A stretch of DNA of 48,749 nucleotides from an uncultured Candidatus Saccharibacteria bacterium (GTDB lineage Bacteria > Patescibacteriota > Saccharimonadia > Saccharimonadales > CAZLKQ01): contig CAZLKQ010000001.1 in NCBI GenBank assembly GCA_964560175.1, forward strand, positions 1 through 48,749. Reading direction: 5' to 3'. Positions 38,459 to 46,073 of the stretch are shown one piece after another. The position numbers and the translations under genes are program-made. Below the pieces are notes generated by a model. It saw only the letters and a program-made list of their open reading frames with translations. It had not been told where the DNA came from and searched no databases. Numbering within the stretch: position 1 is the first letter of the stretch; each line of letters starts with the position of its first letter.

Positions 38459-38743
38459 ATGACAGAAACTTCACGACAACAGACCCCAGAAGAAATGACT
38501 CGATCAAGAATTGCTCTTTACCGTCATGCTGCTGCTGGTGGATACGATGTTCATCAATGGGGTACCAAGGAAGGCGAGATATATCATGAAGTTTTTGCGC
38601 AATCCGGTGATGAAATCCCAGATGCAAATTTTACTTATCTAGAGCCAATTTTGGAGCATGAAATAGTATATCTTGGCTCGTTGACTCCCAAAGGAGCAAA
38701 AGAGATTGCTGATCAATTGGAGGAGATTTTACTAAATGGCTGA
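38459..38743 (+). CDS. Orphan ORF F (94 aa)
   Basis: No family recognised; its stop lies inside a copy of the rpsJ start sequence. Confidence 0.5.
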   Translation: MTETSRQQTPEEMTRSRIALYRHAAAGGYDVHQWGTKEGEIYHEVFAQSGDEIPDANFTYLEPILEHEIVYLGSLTPKGAKEIADQLEEILLNG

Positions 38744-38755
38744 GGAAGTAAAATC

Positions 38756-39037
38756 ATGAGTTTGACGACAACTGATTTTCAAGAAATTCGAACTATTGTT
38801 CGTGAGGAAGTTGAAAGCATTGTAGAAGCGAAATTGAATCCACTCAGAAATGAGCTACAGGCTCTTCGTAATGATATAAAAGAAATTTACAACAGGCTGG
38901 TTAAACTCGAATCGCCTGTATTTACAAATAAGGAATTTAATAAATTACCACTAGAGAAAAGACTTCTGACATTAAATTCTGATTTGTTGGCGATGGCTAA
39001 AGAAATTGGTTTATCACTTCCAAGGAACACAAATTAA
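38756..39037 (+). CDS. Orphan ORF G (93 aa), coiled coil, paralog of ORF 7565
   Basis: MSLTTTDFQEIRTIVREEVES versus MNLTNDDLKSIKKVVSDSIDE. Preceded by the 7-codon remnant MAEEVKS*, coupled through an ATGA overlap. Confidence 0.55.
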   Translation: MSLTTTDFQEIRTIVREEVESIVEAKLNPLRNELQALRNDIKEIYNRLVKLESPVFTNKEFNKLPLEKRLLTLNSDLLAMAKEIGLSLPRNTN

Positions 39038-39391
39038 ATGGCTGAGGAAATTCGCGTACAACAGATGGATGAGCCACAGGATTGGGTGAAGAAACTGCGT
39101 GGAGCTGACAAGTTAGCATACGATGAGGTTCGCGAGGAGAGTATCGGAGAAATAGCAGAGGTTTACAAACAGCGGCTAAAAGAATTTGTTGATGAAATTA
39201 CTGAGATTGGAGCGGAGGAAGCCATCGCTCATAGAGCAACAAGGCTAGCAACTAATACCAGAGACTCTTTTGAAGCCGGCATCCAAGTTGGCATGGACAG
39301 CGAACGTGAGTATCGGCAACAACTGGCTCGTAGAGAAAGAGAAGAGCATGCCTCCTTTCAGAGAAATGTCATCGGAAATTGGGCTGGCTGA
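39038..39391 (+). CDS. Orphan ORF H (117 aa), acidic, helical
   Basis: Starts with ATGGCTGAGGAA, identical to the rpsJ start; TGATG overlap with rpsJ. Confidence 0.55.
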   Translation: MAEEIRVQQMDEPQDWVKKLRGADKLAYDEVREESIGEIAEVYKQRLKEFVDEITEIGAEEAIAHRATRLATNTRDSFEAGIQVGMDSEREYRQQLARREREEHASFQRNVIGNWAG

Positions 39392-39729
39392 TGGCTGAGG
39401 AAACTGCAAAAGTAGTTCCAGCTGGCGTACCAAGGATCAGGATTCGACTGAAGGCTTATGATCACAAAGTGATCGACCTGTCGGCCAAGCAAATTATCGA
39501 TACTGCGGAGCGCACTGGTGCTACAGTGGCCGGACCGATTCCGTTGCCAACCAAGCGGAGTGTATACACGGTTATCAAGAGTCCTCATGTCTATAAAAAG
39601 GCTCGTGAGCAATTCGAAATGCGCGTACACAAACGACTGATTGATATCAGTAATCCGACTCCAAAAACCATCGATTCTCTCCAGAATCTGTCTCTACCTG
39701 CCGGCTGCGACGCCGAAATCAAAATGTAG
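39391..39729 (+). CDS. rpsJ: 30S ribosomal protein S10
   Basis: [21 protein letters not shown]...GPIPLPT; start trimmed to MAEE. Confidence 0.93.
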   Translation: MAEETAKVVPAGVPRIRIRLKAYDHKVIDLSAKQIIDTAERTGATVAGPIPLPTKRSVYTVIKSPHVYKKAREQFEMRVHKRLIDISNPTPKTIDSLQNLSLPAGCDAEIKM

Positions 39730-39878
39730 TGGCAATAACTCCCTTTTGTGACAGGTGCGGCGAGGAACTAAAGAAATTTGGGGCAATCCTGTTTAGCCCG
39801 CCAAATGCTAAAAGTGTTGTCAAAAAACTACATGTATGCGTTGATTGCTATAAAGAAATAGTTAAAACTTTCAAATAG
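39729..39878 (+). CDS. 49-aa zinc-ribbon micro-protein
   Basis: GTG start overlapping the rpsJ TAG (TAGTG); [13 protein letters not shown]...VCVDCYKE has two CxxC pairs; below the ORF-track cutoff. Confidence 0.45.
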   Translation: MAITPFCDRCGEELKKFGAILFSPPNAKSVVKKLHVCVDCYKEIVKTFK

Positions 39879-39958
39879 GTATTGCTCATGCTTGCAAATC
39901 GGGTAAGTATATACCAAGCTAATCGAATGAATGAAAAAAAAGGTTAAAGTAGTAATTT

Positions 39959-40336
39959 ATGACCGCTGAACATAATATTAACCAAGCGCAGCTATATTAT
40001 GAAATACGTGAGCAATTTACAGAAATGCGCGAATCATTTTCAGCTGAGCGGACAGCATACTTAGAACTATTACTCTCCTTGGAAGGTGTTCCCGTAAGTG
40101 CTTCGTATAGGTTTCGGTATGTCAAAGAACCCGGGGAGTTTGGTCGCGGTGGACATCTAACAGACTTATTACAACCTGTTGATAGGCAAGCTGTGAAAGT
40201 AGTCATCTCGGAAGTAGGTGAATCAAATTTAGGTGTGCGTATAGTAAGAGAAAACGGATCACCAAATAATTTTGTTGAGATTGTTGCTTTTGACGACTTT
40301 GAATTGTTAGAGATAAGTAGCAACAACGCAAACTAA
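39959..40336 (+). CDS. Orphan ORF J (125 aa)
   Basis: No family recognised; AT-rich; flanked by the 16-nt repeat GTATTGCTCATGCTTG. Confidence 0.5.
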   Translation: MTAEHNINQAQLYYEIREQFTEMRESFSAERTAYLELLLSLEGVPVSASYRFRYVKEPGEFGRGGHLTDLLQPVDRQAVKVVISEVGESNLGVRIVRENGSPNNFVEIVAFDDFELLEISSNNAN

Positions 40337-40472
40337 TCGCAAAAGTATTGCTCATGCTTGTCACATATTGACAGTGATATAATTTTGGTATGAATCCCGT
40401 TAGAACTAAGTATTTTATCGAAGACAAAACCTGCCGCTTTTTAATTAGCGTAAAAAACGGAGTTCTAACGGG

Positions 40473-40739
40473 ATGAATAACGTATCTTTGTCCTTACCAT
40501 TTCTCATTCAAGGCGATAGCCCACAGCACAAGGCCATGAGGCGTCATCAGTTGTATGATTTACTCGAAAAAGACAATGAACTGCTAGCGGATATTCTCGA
40601 CCTTCAACGCAAGCTGGCTAAGAAAAAAGATAAGGAGTCTCGCGAATTAGTTGACGAGCTCGGTGAAATCGTTCAGGAATTTCTCGGTCTGAATCGTCAA
40701 AAATTAGAACTTACCAAGGCCATCAATAAAGATACCTAA
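40473..40739 (+). CDS. Orphan ORF K (88 aa), coiled coil
   Basis: Its start is sequestered in a perfect 14-bp inverted repeat and coupled (ATGA) to a 28-codon uORF at 40390-40476. Confidence 0.5.
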   Translation: MNNVSLSLPFLIQGDSPQHKAMRRHQLYDLLEKDNELLADILDLQRKLAKKKDKESRELVDELGEIVQEFLGLNRQKLELTKAINKDT

Positions 40740-40741
40740 TT

Positions 40742-41053
40742 ATGCCCACGATACCTAAACGTCAATTTGACGAGGTGGGCAACGAATTAGCTGGTTTACA
40801 ATCGGAAACCATAGAGAGTAAATCAGCAGATACGCCGATAGTCGAACAGACCAGAGATGTTATAGCGCGTACGGTGGTGCAAACTTTCTTTTTGCTGCTA
40901 GGTGTAATTCTGATCGGCGTGCCGGTCTACAATGCCAATGTAGCCAGCGATCTCCGACTTGATCTACCTGATCTGCTGCAACAATATTCAGCGATTTTGG
41001 GCCCTGTGCTAGGCTTTGTCATCGGCTACTATTTCAAGAGCAAAAATGACTAA
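40742..41053 (+). CDS. Orphan ORF L (103 aa), two TM helices
   Basis: VVQTFFLLLGVILIGVPVY and ILGPVLGFVIGYYF. Confidence 0.5.
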   Translation: MPTIPKRQFDEVGNELAGLQSETIESKSADTPIVEQTRDVIARTVVQTFFLLLGVILIGVPVYNANVASDLRLDLPDLLQQYSAILGPVLGFVIGYYFKSKND

Positions 41054-41486
41054 TCTCGAAGGCTGCAAATTTTGTGATCCTAAAAGTGAAGATCTAAGAC
41101 CACGCTTAATTAATCTCGGCAGCTGGTGTTATTCAGCTTTATCCAATCCTCGCATAACTCGCGGACATGCTCTGGTGATTCCGAACCGACACGTTGAGGA
41201 CCCAACTGAAGTTGATGAAAGAGATTTTATATACATACAAAGAGAGATCATAAAATTACAGAGGAAAATTCTGCTCGAAATTGCTCCGGGTGTTGATGTT
41301 TGGCAAAAATATCAGCCGTTTGTCGAGGAAGGGCACGCAGGAACAAAAATGAACCATGTTCATTATCACGTGATTCCCAGAAATCCTGCCGACGGTTTAC
41401 TGATGTCACCCGAACCAGGAACCGATACATTCTCGCCGCTTTGCGAAGAAGAGCGTATCGACATGCTCGAAATTTTGGGACCATAA
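41046..41486 (+). CDS. HIT (histidine triad) family protein
   Basis: HVHYHVIPR triad; ATGACTAA overlap with ORF L; start trimmed from 41016. Confidence 0.78.
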   Translation: MTNLEGCKFCDPKSEDLRPRLINLGSWCYSALSNPRITRGHALVIPNRHVEDPTEVDERDFIYIQREIIKLQRKILLEIAPGVDVWQKYQPFVEEGHAGTKMNHVHYHVIPRNPADGLLMSPEPGTDTFSPLCEEERIDMLEILGP

Positions 41487-41511
41487 AATCTGTATCTGCT
41501 AAAATACGCTT

Positions 41512-41766
41512 ATGACTAACCGTAAGCGTGAATCAAACAGTGTCTATTTTCTGAAAATTGTCTTTTTCTTCGTGATTGGCACCATTTGGATTCGCTTTGG
41601 GGCCGATTCCAGAACTGGAGGAGGTATTCCAATTGGTTTGCTGTTGGGGATTATTTTTGCCAATCACGACCACTTCCAAATCGACCAAAAAATTGAATTT
41701 GCGATCCTGCTGATTGCTGCCATCCTAAGCTTTGTTTTCCCTATCGGCGCAGTCATAGTCGTCTAA
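41512..41766 (+). CDS. Orphan ORF N (84 aa), membrane protein
   Basis: Three hydrophobic segments; start ATGACTAAC echoes the HIT gene start ATGACTAAT. Confidence 0.5.
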   Translation: MTNRKRESNSVYFLKIVFFFVIGTIWIRFGADSRTGGGIPIGLLLGIIFANHDHFQIDQKIEFAILLIAAILSFVFPIGAVIVV

Positions 41767-41841
41767 TCTGCCTGTCCCGCAACTTTTCCTGAGTGTAGTA
41801 ATAAGCAATCTGATTATGAAATCTCAAGAAACGGTGCGGGA

Positions 41842-41871
41842 TTGACACATCTGTTGTACATCTGGTAGTAT
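41842..41871 (+). promoter_or_regulatory. Candidate extended -10 promoter for rplC and the downstream S10-operon genes
   Basis: TTGACA, 18-nt spacer, TGgTAGTAT; about 150-nt structured leader follows. Confidence 0.5.
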
Positions 41872-42024
41872 TTAATCAATTGCACTCGGCTGCGTTTATT
41901 TGGATTGCGGCAAGAGACTGGTCTGTAAGTTCTACGATAAATCAGGACCAAAGATCCTGAGCGAAGTCGAAGGATACTGCAAATCAGCCTCCAGTGCAGT
42001 TTGACTTAAAATTAGGAGATAGAC

Positions 42025-42648
42025 ATCAAAGCTATCATTGGCACCAAGATCGGTATGACCCAGATCCTGACAGAGGATGGTACGGCTGTGCCTGTAACCT
42101 TGGTCCATGCCGAGCCAAACGTCGTTACCCAGAACAAAACAGATGAAGCCAATGGCTACAACGCCGTCCAGCTAGGCGCCGGCCGAGCCAAAAGACCCGC
42201 CAAACCCCAAGAGGGACATGCCAAGAAAGCCGGTCTAGACTTTACCCCGCGGATTATGCGCGAGGTACGCGACCTCGAGTTTGACCCCGAAACTATAAAA
42301 CCCGGAGCCAAAGTCGAAGTCACGAACTTTGAAGTCGGCGACGAAGTCGATGTCACGGGAACTAGCAAAGGTAAAGGCTTCGCCGGAACCGTCAAACGTC
42401 ATAATTTTCTAACCAGCCCAAAATCTCACGGCGGTAAAGGCTATATCCGAAAACCTGGCTCGATCGGCTCTATGTATCCGCAAAAAGTCATGAAGGGCAA
42501 ACGAATGGCCGGCCGCATGGGCTTTGATAAAACTACCATCGTCGATCTCAAAGTCGTGCTAGTAGACGCCGAAAATAATTTACTCGGTATTAGAGGCGCC
42601 TTGCCTGGGCCGCGCAAAGGCACAGTCATAGTGCGAGGTTCTAAATAA
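42025..42648 (+). CDS. rplC: 50S ribosomal protein L3, probable non-AUG (ATC) start
   Basis: The conserved N-terminus (I)[13 protein letters not shown] is in frame upstream of the first ATG (42055); AGGAG SD lies 6 nt before ATC 42025; in-frame TAG at 42013. Confidence 0.88.
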   Translation: MKAIIGTKIGMTQILTEDGTAVPVTLVHAEPNVVTQNKTDEANGYNAVQLGAGRAKRPAKPQEGHAKKAGLDFTPRIMREVRDLEFDPETIKPGAKVEVTNFEVGDEVDVTGTSKGKGFAGTVKRHNFLTSPKSHGGKGYIRKPGSIGSMYPQKVMKGKRMAGRMGFDKTTIVDLKVVLVDAENNLLGIRGALPGPRKGTVIVRGSK

Positions 42649-43301
42649 TGTCCGTTATAACTTTCTCAGCAACTGGTACAAAATCAACAACTGTGGCTAA
42701 ACTGCCAAAAGATATTTTTGACCAAAAAATCGAATCACATGATCTGCTGCACCAAGTTTTTGTAGCTCAACACGCTGCCCTACGCTCCAATTCTGCCAAA
42801 ACCTTGGATCGCGGTGAAGTCCGCGGCGGTGGCAAGAAGCCCTGGAAGCAAAAGGGCACCGGCCGGGCACGACACGGCTCGATCCGCAGCCCAATCTGGC
42901 GCGGCGGCGGTGTGACTTTCGGCCCTTCAACTGACCGAAATTACACCAAAAAAGTTACTACGGCAGCCAAGCAAAAAGCTTTGCGCCAAGTCCTGACGCT
43001 CTGCGCCAAGGACGGCAGCCTGTCGATCATCAAGTCCTTCGTCTCCAAAGACGGCAAAACGGCACCAATGGAGTCGTTGCTAAAAAAACTAAACTTGGCT
43101 CGACCGCTAGTGGTTGTTATTGAAAAGCGCGACGACGTAACTGTCCAGGCAACTCGCAACCTTAAGGACCTGGATCTGGTGACGGCTAGCTACCTGAATG
43201 TCTATCGACTAGCCAATGCCCGACACATTTTGCTGACTGAAGGGGCAATCGCTGTGATTGAGGCCGGCCCAAAACAGACTAAACCGGAGACCAAAGAATG
43301 A
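42648..43301 (+). CDS. rplD: 50S ribosomal protein L4
   Basis: [29 protein letters not shown]. Confidence 0.95.
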   Translation: MSVITFSATGTKSTTVAKLPKDIFDQKIESHDLLHQVFVAQHAALRSNSAKTLDRGEVRGGGKKPWKQKGTGRARHGSIRSPIWRGGGVTFGPSTDRNYTKKVTTAAKQKALRQVLTLCAKDGSLSIIKSFVSKDGKTAPMESLLKKLNLARPLVVVIEKRDDVTVQATRNLKDLDLVTASYLNVYRLANARHILLTEGAIAVIEAGPKQTKPETKE

Positions 43302-43603
43302 ATACGCCGCTAGTTATCCAGCCACTCATCAGCGAAAAGAGCTTTATTCAGGCTGAAAAAGGCGTCTATACCTTCAAAGTTCCTCTCACAGCTAACAAAC
43401 AAACGATCGCCAAGACGATTGCTGCTGATTACAAGGTGACAGTTGAAGCTGTTAGAACGGTATTGTCTAAGGGCAAAGCCAAGCGGATCGTCCGCAAACG
43501 CCAACAGCCTAGCGTTGGCCATCGCTCAGATTTTAAAAAAGCTTACGCTACGCTCAAAAAAGGCGATAAAATTGCGGTCTTTGCCGAAGGAGCTGAGTCA
43601 TGA
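43298..43603 (+). CDS. rplW: 50S ribosomal protein L23
   Basis: ISEKS...YTFKV; ATGA overlaps on both sides. Confidence 0.92.
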   Translation: MNTPLVIQPLISEKSFIQAEKGVYTFKVPLTANKQTIAKTIAADYKVTVEAVRTVLSKGKAKRIVRKRQQPSVGHRSDFKKAYATLKKGDKIAVFAEGAES

Positions 43604-44436
43604 GTATAAAAGTCTTCAAACCAACCACTCCCGGACAGCGCGGCATGACAACCCGTGATTTTAGCGAGATCACCAGCAAAAAACCTGGCGCCCGCTCTTT
43701 ACTCAAGATCAAAAAAATTACATCGGGCCGCAATAATCAAGGCCGGATAACCACTAGGCATCGCGGCGGCGGGGCCAAACGTTTTTATCGATTGGTCAAT
43801 CACAAGTTAGCCTCTGGCATCTCGGCTACTATTGAGCAGATCGAATACGATCCAAACCGTTCGGCCAATATCGCTTTGCTGCGCGAAAAAGGCGGCAAAC
43901 CGCACTACATTTTGGCAGCCGATGGTATGAAGCCCGGCCAAGTCGTGAGTTCCGGTGCTGACGCAGCTATCGAAAATGGCAATCGATTGCCTATACACGC
44001 GATTCCACTGGGCAGTTCAATATATGGCATCGAGCTGCAACCGGGCCGCGGGGCTCAGATGGTTCGAAGTGCTGGCGCCCGAGCCCAGCTAATGGCCCGT
44101 GAAGGCGAACTTGCCCAGATCAAATTACCTAGCGGCGAAGTTCGCAAGGTCAGCATCAATTGTATGGCCAGTATTGGATCGGTCGGCAACGCCCAGCACC
44201 AAAACGTCAAGATCGGCAAAGCTGGCCGCAAACGTCATATGGGCATCCGGCCATCAGTTCGTGGTAAGGCCATGAACCCTGTTGACCACCCGATGGGCGG
44301 CGGCGAAGGCCAAACCGGCCCGGGCCGCAACCCAAAGACGCCTTGGGGCAAAATAGCTATTGGACTCAAGACTCGCAGACGGAAATATACTCAGAAAATG
44401 ATCGTCAAGACTCGGGCAGAAAGCAAGAGGCGCTAA
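43600..44436 (+). CDS. rplB: 50S ribosomal protein L2
   Basis: KPTTPGQRG...; HRGGG; VRGKAMNPVDHPMGGGEG. Confidence 0.97.
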   Translation: MSIKVFKPTTPGQRGMTTRDFSEITSKKPGARSLLKIKKITSGRNNQGRITTRHRGGGAKRFYRLVNHKLASGISATIEQIEYDPNRSANIALLREKGGKPHYILAADGMKPGQVVSSGADAAIENGNRLPIHAIPLGSSIYGIELQPGRGAQMVRSAGARAQLMAREGELAQIKLPSGEVRKVSINCMASIGSVGNAQHQNVKIGKAGRKRHMGIRPSVRGKAMNPVDHPMGGGEGQTGPGRNPKTPWGKIAIGLKTRRRKYTQKMIVKTRAESKRR

Positions 44437-44442
44437 GATGCA

Positions 44443-44524
44443 GCAACTAGCAACTAGCAACTGGCAACTAGGAAAAAAATTCGATCAAAGAGTCCTAATT
44501 GCTAATTGCCAAATCCAAATTGCC
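44443..44524. repeat. Palindromic heptamer element: (GCAACTR)x4 left arm, (GCYAATT-like)x4 right arm
   Basis: gcaacta gcaacta gcaactg gcaacta gg ... cctaatt gctaatt gccaaat ccaaatt gcc; lies between rplB and rpsS. Confidence 0.8.
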
Positions 44525-44541
44525 ACAAACGGAGGCTTGTT

Positions 44542-44829
44542 ATGAGCCGCAGCCTCAAAAAAGGACCATTTCTGGATCCAAAACTAATGAAGAAAATCGA
44601 AAACAGCGGTGACTCTAGAGCGCCTATCAAGACTTGGGCGCGAGCTAGCTCGATCTCCCCGGAGATGGTCGGCAAAACTATCGCTGTTCACAACGGCCGG
44701 GTACACGTGCCGGTATTGATTTCCGAAAATATGGTCGGGCACAAGCTCGGCGAATTCGCGCCAACCCGCAAGTTCCGTGTCCACGGCGGCAAATTAGCTA
44801 AAGGCCAGGGTAGTGGGGAATCATCATGA
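44542..44829 (+). CDS. rpsS: 30S ribosomal protein S19
   Basis: [10 protein letters not shown]...; GGAGG SD; start trimmed from 44506, which lies in the repeat arm. Confidence 0.95.
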   Translation: MSRSLKKGPFLDPKLMKKIENSGDSRAPIKTWARASSISPEMVGKTIAVHNGRVHVPVLISENMVGHKLGEFAPTRKFRVHGGKLAKGQGSGESS

Positions 44830-45230
44830 AAGTCCAAGCTTTGTCTAAAAATCTGCGAATTTCGCCGCGAAAAATTGGTTTGGTTGCAGGTCTAGTCAGA
44901 GGCCGCAGTGTCGACGACGCTTTGGTTATCCTCCAACATACTCCTAAAAAAGCCGCGCCAATGCTGGCTAAAATAATCTCCAGTGCTTCAGCTAATGCCC
45001 GGTACAAGCATTCATCGGCTAGTAGTGATTTAACTATCGAAGTTTTAGATGTTGGCTATGGTGTGCGAATGCGCCGCTATTTCGCGGCAGCCCACGGCAG
45101 AGCCAGGAAATTTCAAAAACTCAGCAGCAATGTCCGAGTCGTACTAGACGTAGCCGACAAGAAAGCTACTAAAAGTAGTGAGAAGTCTGTAGTCGGTAGT
45201 GAGAAAAAGAATAAAGAGACAAAGTCATGA
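44826..45230 (+). CDS. rplV: 50S ribosomal protein L22 with Lys/Ser-rich C-terminal tail
   Basis: [16 protein letters not shown] core; the tail [21 protein letters not shown] is partly encoded by GTAGT heptamer repeats. Confidence 0.93.
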   Translation: MKVQALSKNLRISPRKIGLVAGLVRGRSVDDALVILQHTPKKAAPMLAKIISSASANARYKHSSASSDLTIEVLDVGYGVRMRRYFAAAHGRARKFQKLSSNVRVVLDVADKKATKSSEKSVVGSEKKNKETKS

Positions 45231-45237
45231 TTCAGTT

Positions 45238-45321
45238 TGTAAAGTTCATAAAGTTAAAAGTTCATAAAGTTATGTTCACTCAGAGGTCACCTTCTACTTT
45301 ATACCTTCTACTTTCTACTAG
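45238..45321. repeat. Palindromic element of the TAAAGTTCA family
   Basis: gtaaagttca taaagtt aaaagttca taaagtt ... ccttctacttt ataccttctacttt ctactag; followed by ctagaAAATCGGAGATTT and the rpsC ATG. Confidence 0.75.
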
Positions 45322-45339
45322 AAAATCGGAGATTTTCTG

Positions 45340-45975
45340 ATGGGACAGAAGGTCAATCCAATTAGTTTCCGCTTAATCGACAGCAAAGATTGGCGTTCTA
45401 AATGGTTTGCCGGTGGCAAGCAGTATGTGGATTTTCTGCTCGAAGATCTCAAGATCCGCAAGTTGATCGATGACACACTGACCCGCCGAGCCAGTATCCA
45501 AAAAGTCGACATTGAACGAACCGCGAATCAAATAACCATAACTATCCATTCCGCAAAAGCCGGTGTGGTCATCGGTCGTGGCGGCGCTGGAGTAACTCAA
45601 CTGAAGAATCAAATTCAAAATATTGTCGGACGAGCAGTCCGGCTAAACATCGAAGAGGTCAAAAAGCCTGAGCTGTTCGCCAGAATTGTGGCTGAAAATA
45701 TCGCCCACCAATTGGAAAAACGCATTTCGTTCCGCCGTGCCATGAAAGCCTCGGCTGCCGCCACCATGCGCGTCGGGGCCAAGGGCGTCAGAATCCAATT
45801 GGCCGGCAGGCTAAATAACGCCGATATGGCTAGACGCGAAAAAGAAATTCAGGGATCAGTGCCACTCCACACCATCCGGGCCGACATCGACTACGCTTTG
45901 GCCGTCGCCAAAACCAGTGCCGGCACCATCGGCGTCAAGGTCTGGATATATAAAGGCGAGAAGTTCGAGGAATAA
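45340..45975 (+). CDS. rpsC: 30S ribosomal protein S3
   Basis: MGQKVNPISFRL; KH domain GRGGAGV. Confidence 0.95.
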   Translation: MGQKVNPISFRLIDSKDWRSKWFAGGKQYVDFLLEDLKIRKLIDDTLTRRASIQKVDIERTANQITITIHSAKAGVVIGRGGAGVTQLKNQIQNIVGRAVRLNIEEVKKPELFARIVAENIAHQLEKRISFRRAMKASAAATMRVGAKGVRIQLAGRLNNADMARREKEIQGSVPLHTIRADIDYALAVAKTSAGTIGVKVWIYKGEKFEE

Positions 45976-45980
45976 TATGA

Positions 45981-46073
45981 GTTATAAAGTCCATAAAGTT
46001 ATAAAGTCCATAAAGTCTAGCTTAAGATTAGGGTTTCAAGCTTGCAACTTTCAACTTGCAACTTTCAACTTGA
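45981..46073. repeat. Palindromic element: (ATAAAGTYC)x4 left arm, (GCAACTT TCAACTT)x2 right arm
   Basis: ataaagtcc ataaagtt ataaagtcc ataaagtc ... gcaactt tcaactt gcaactt tcaactt. Confidence 0.8.
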
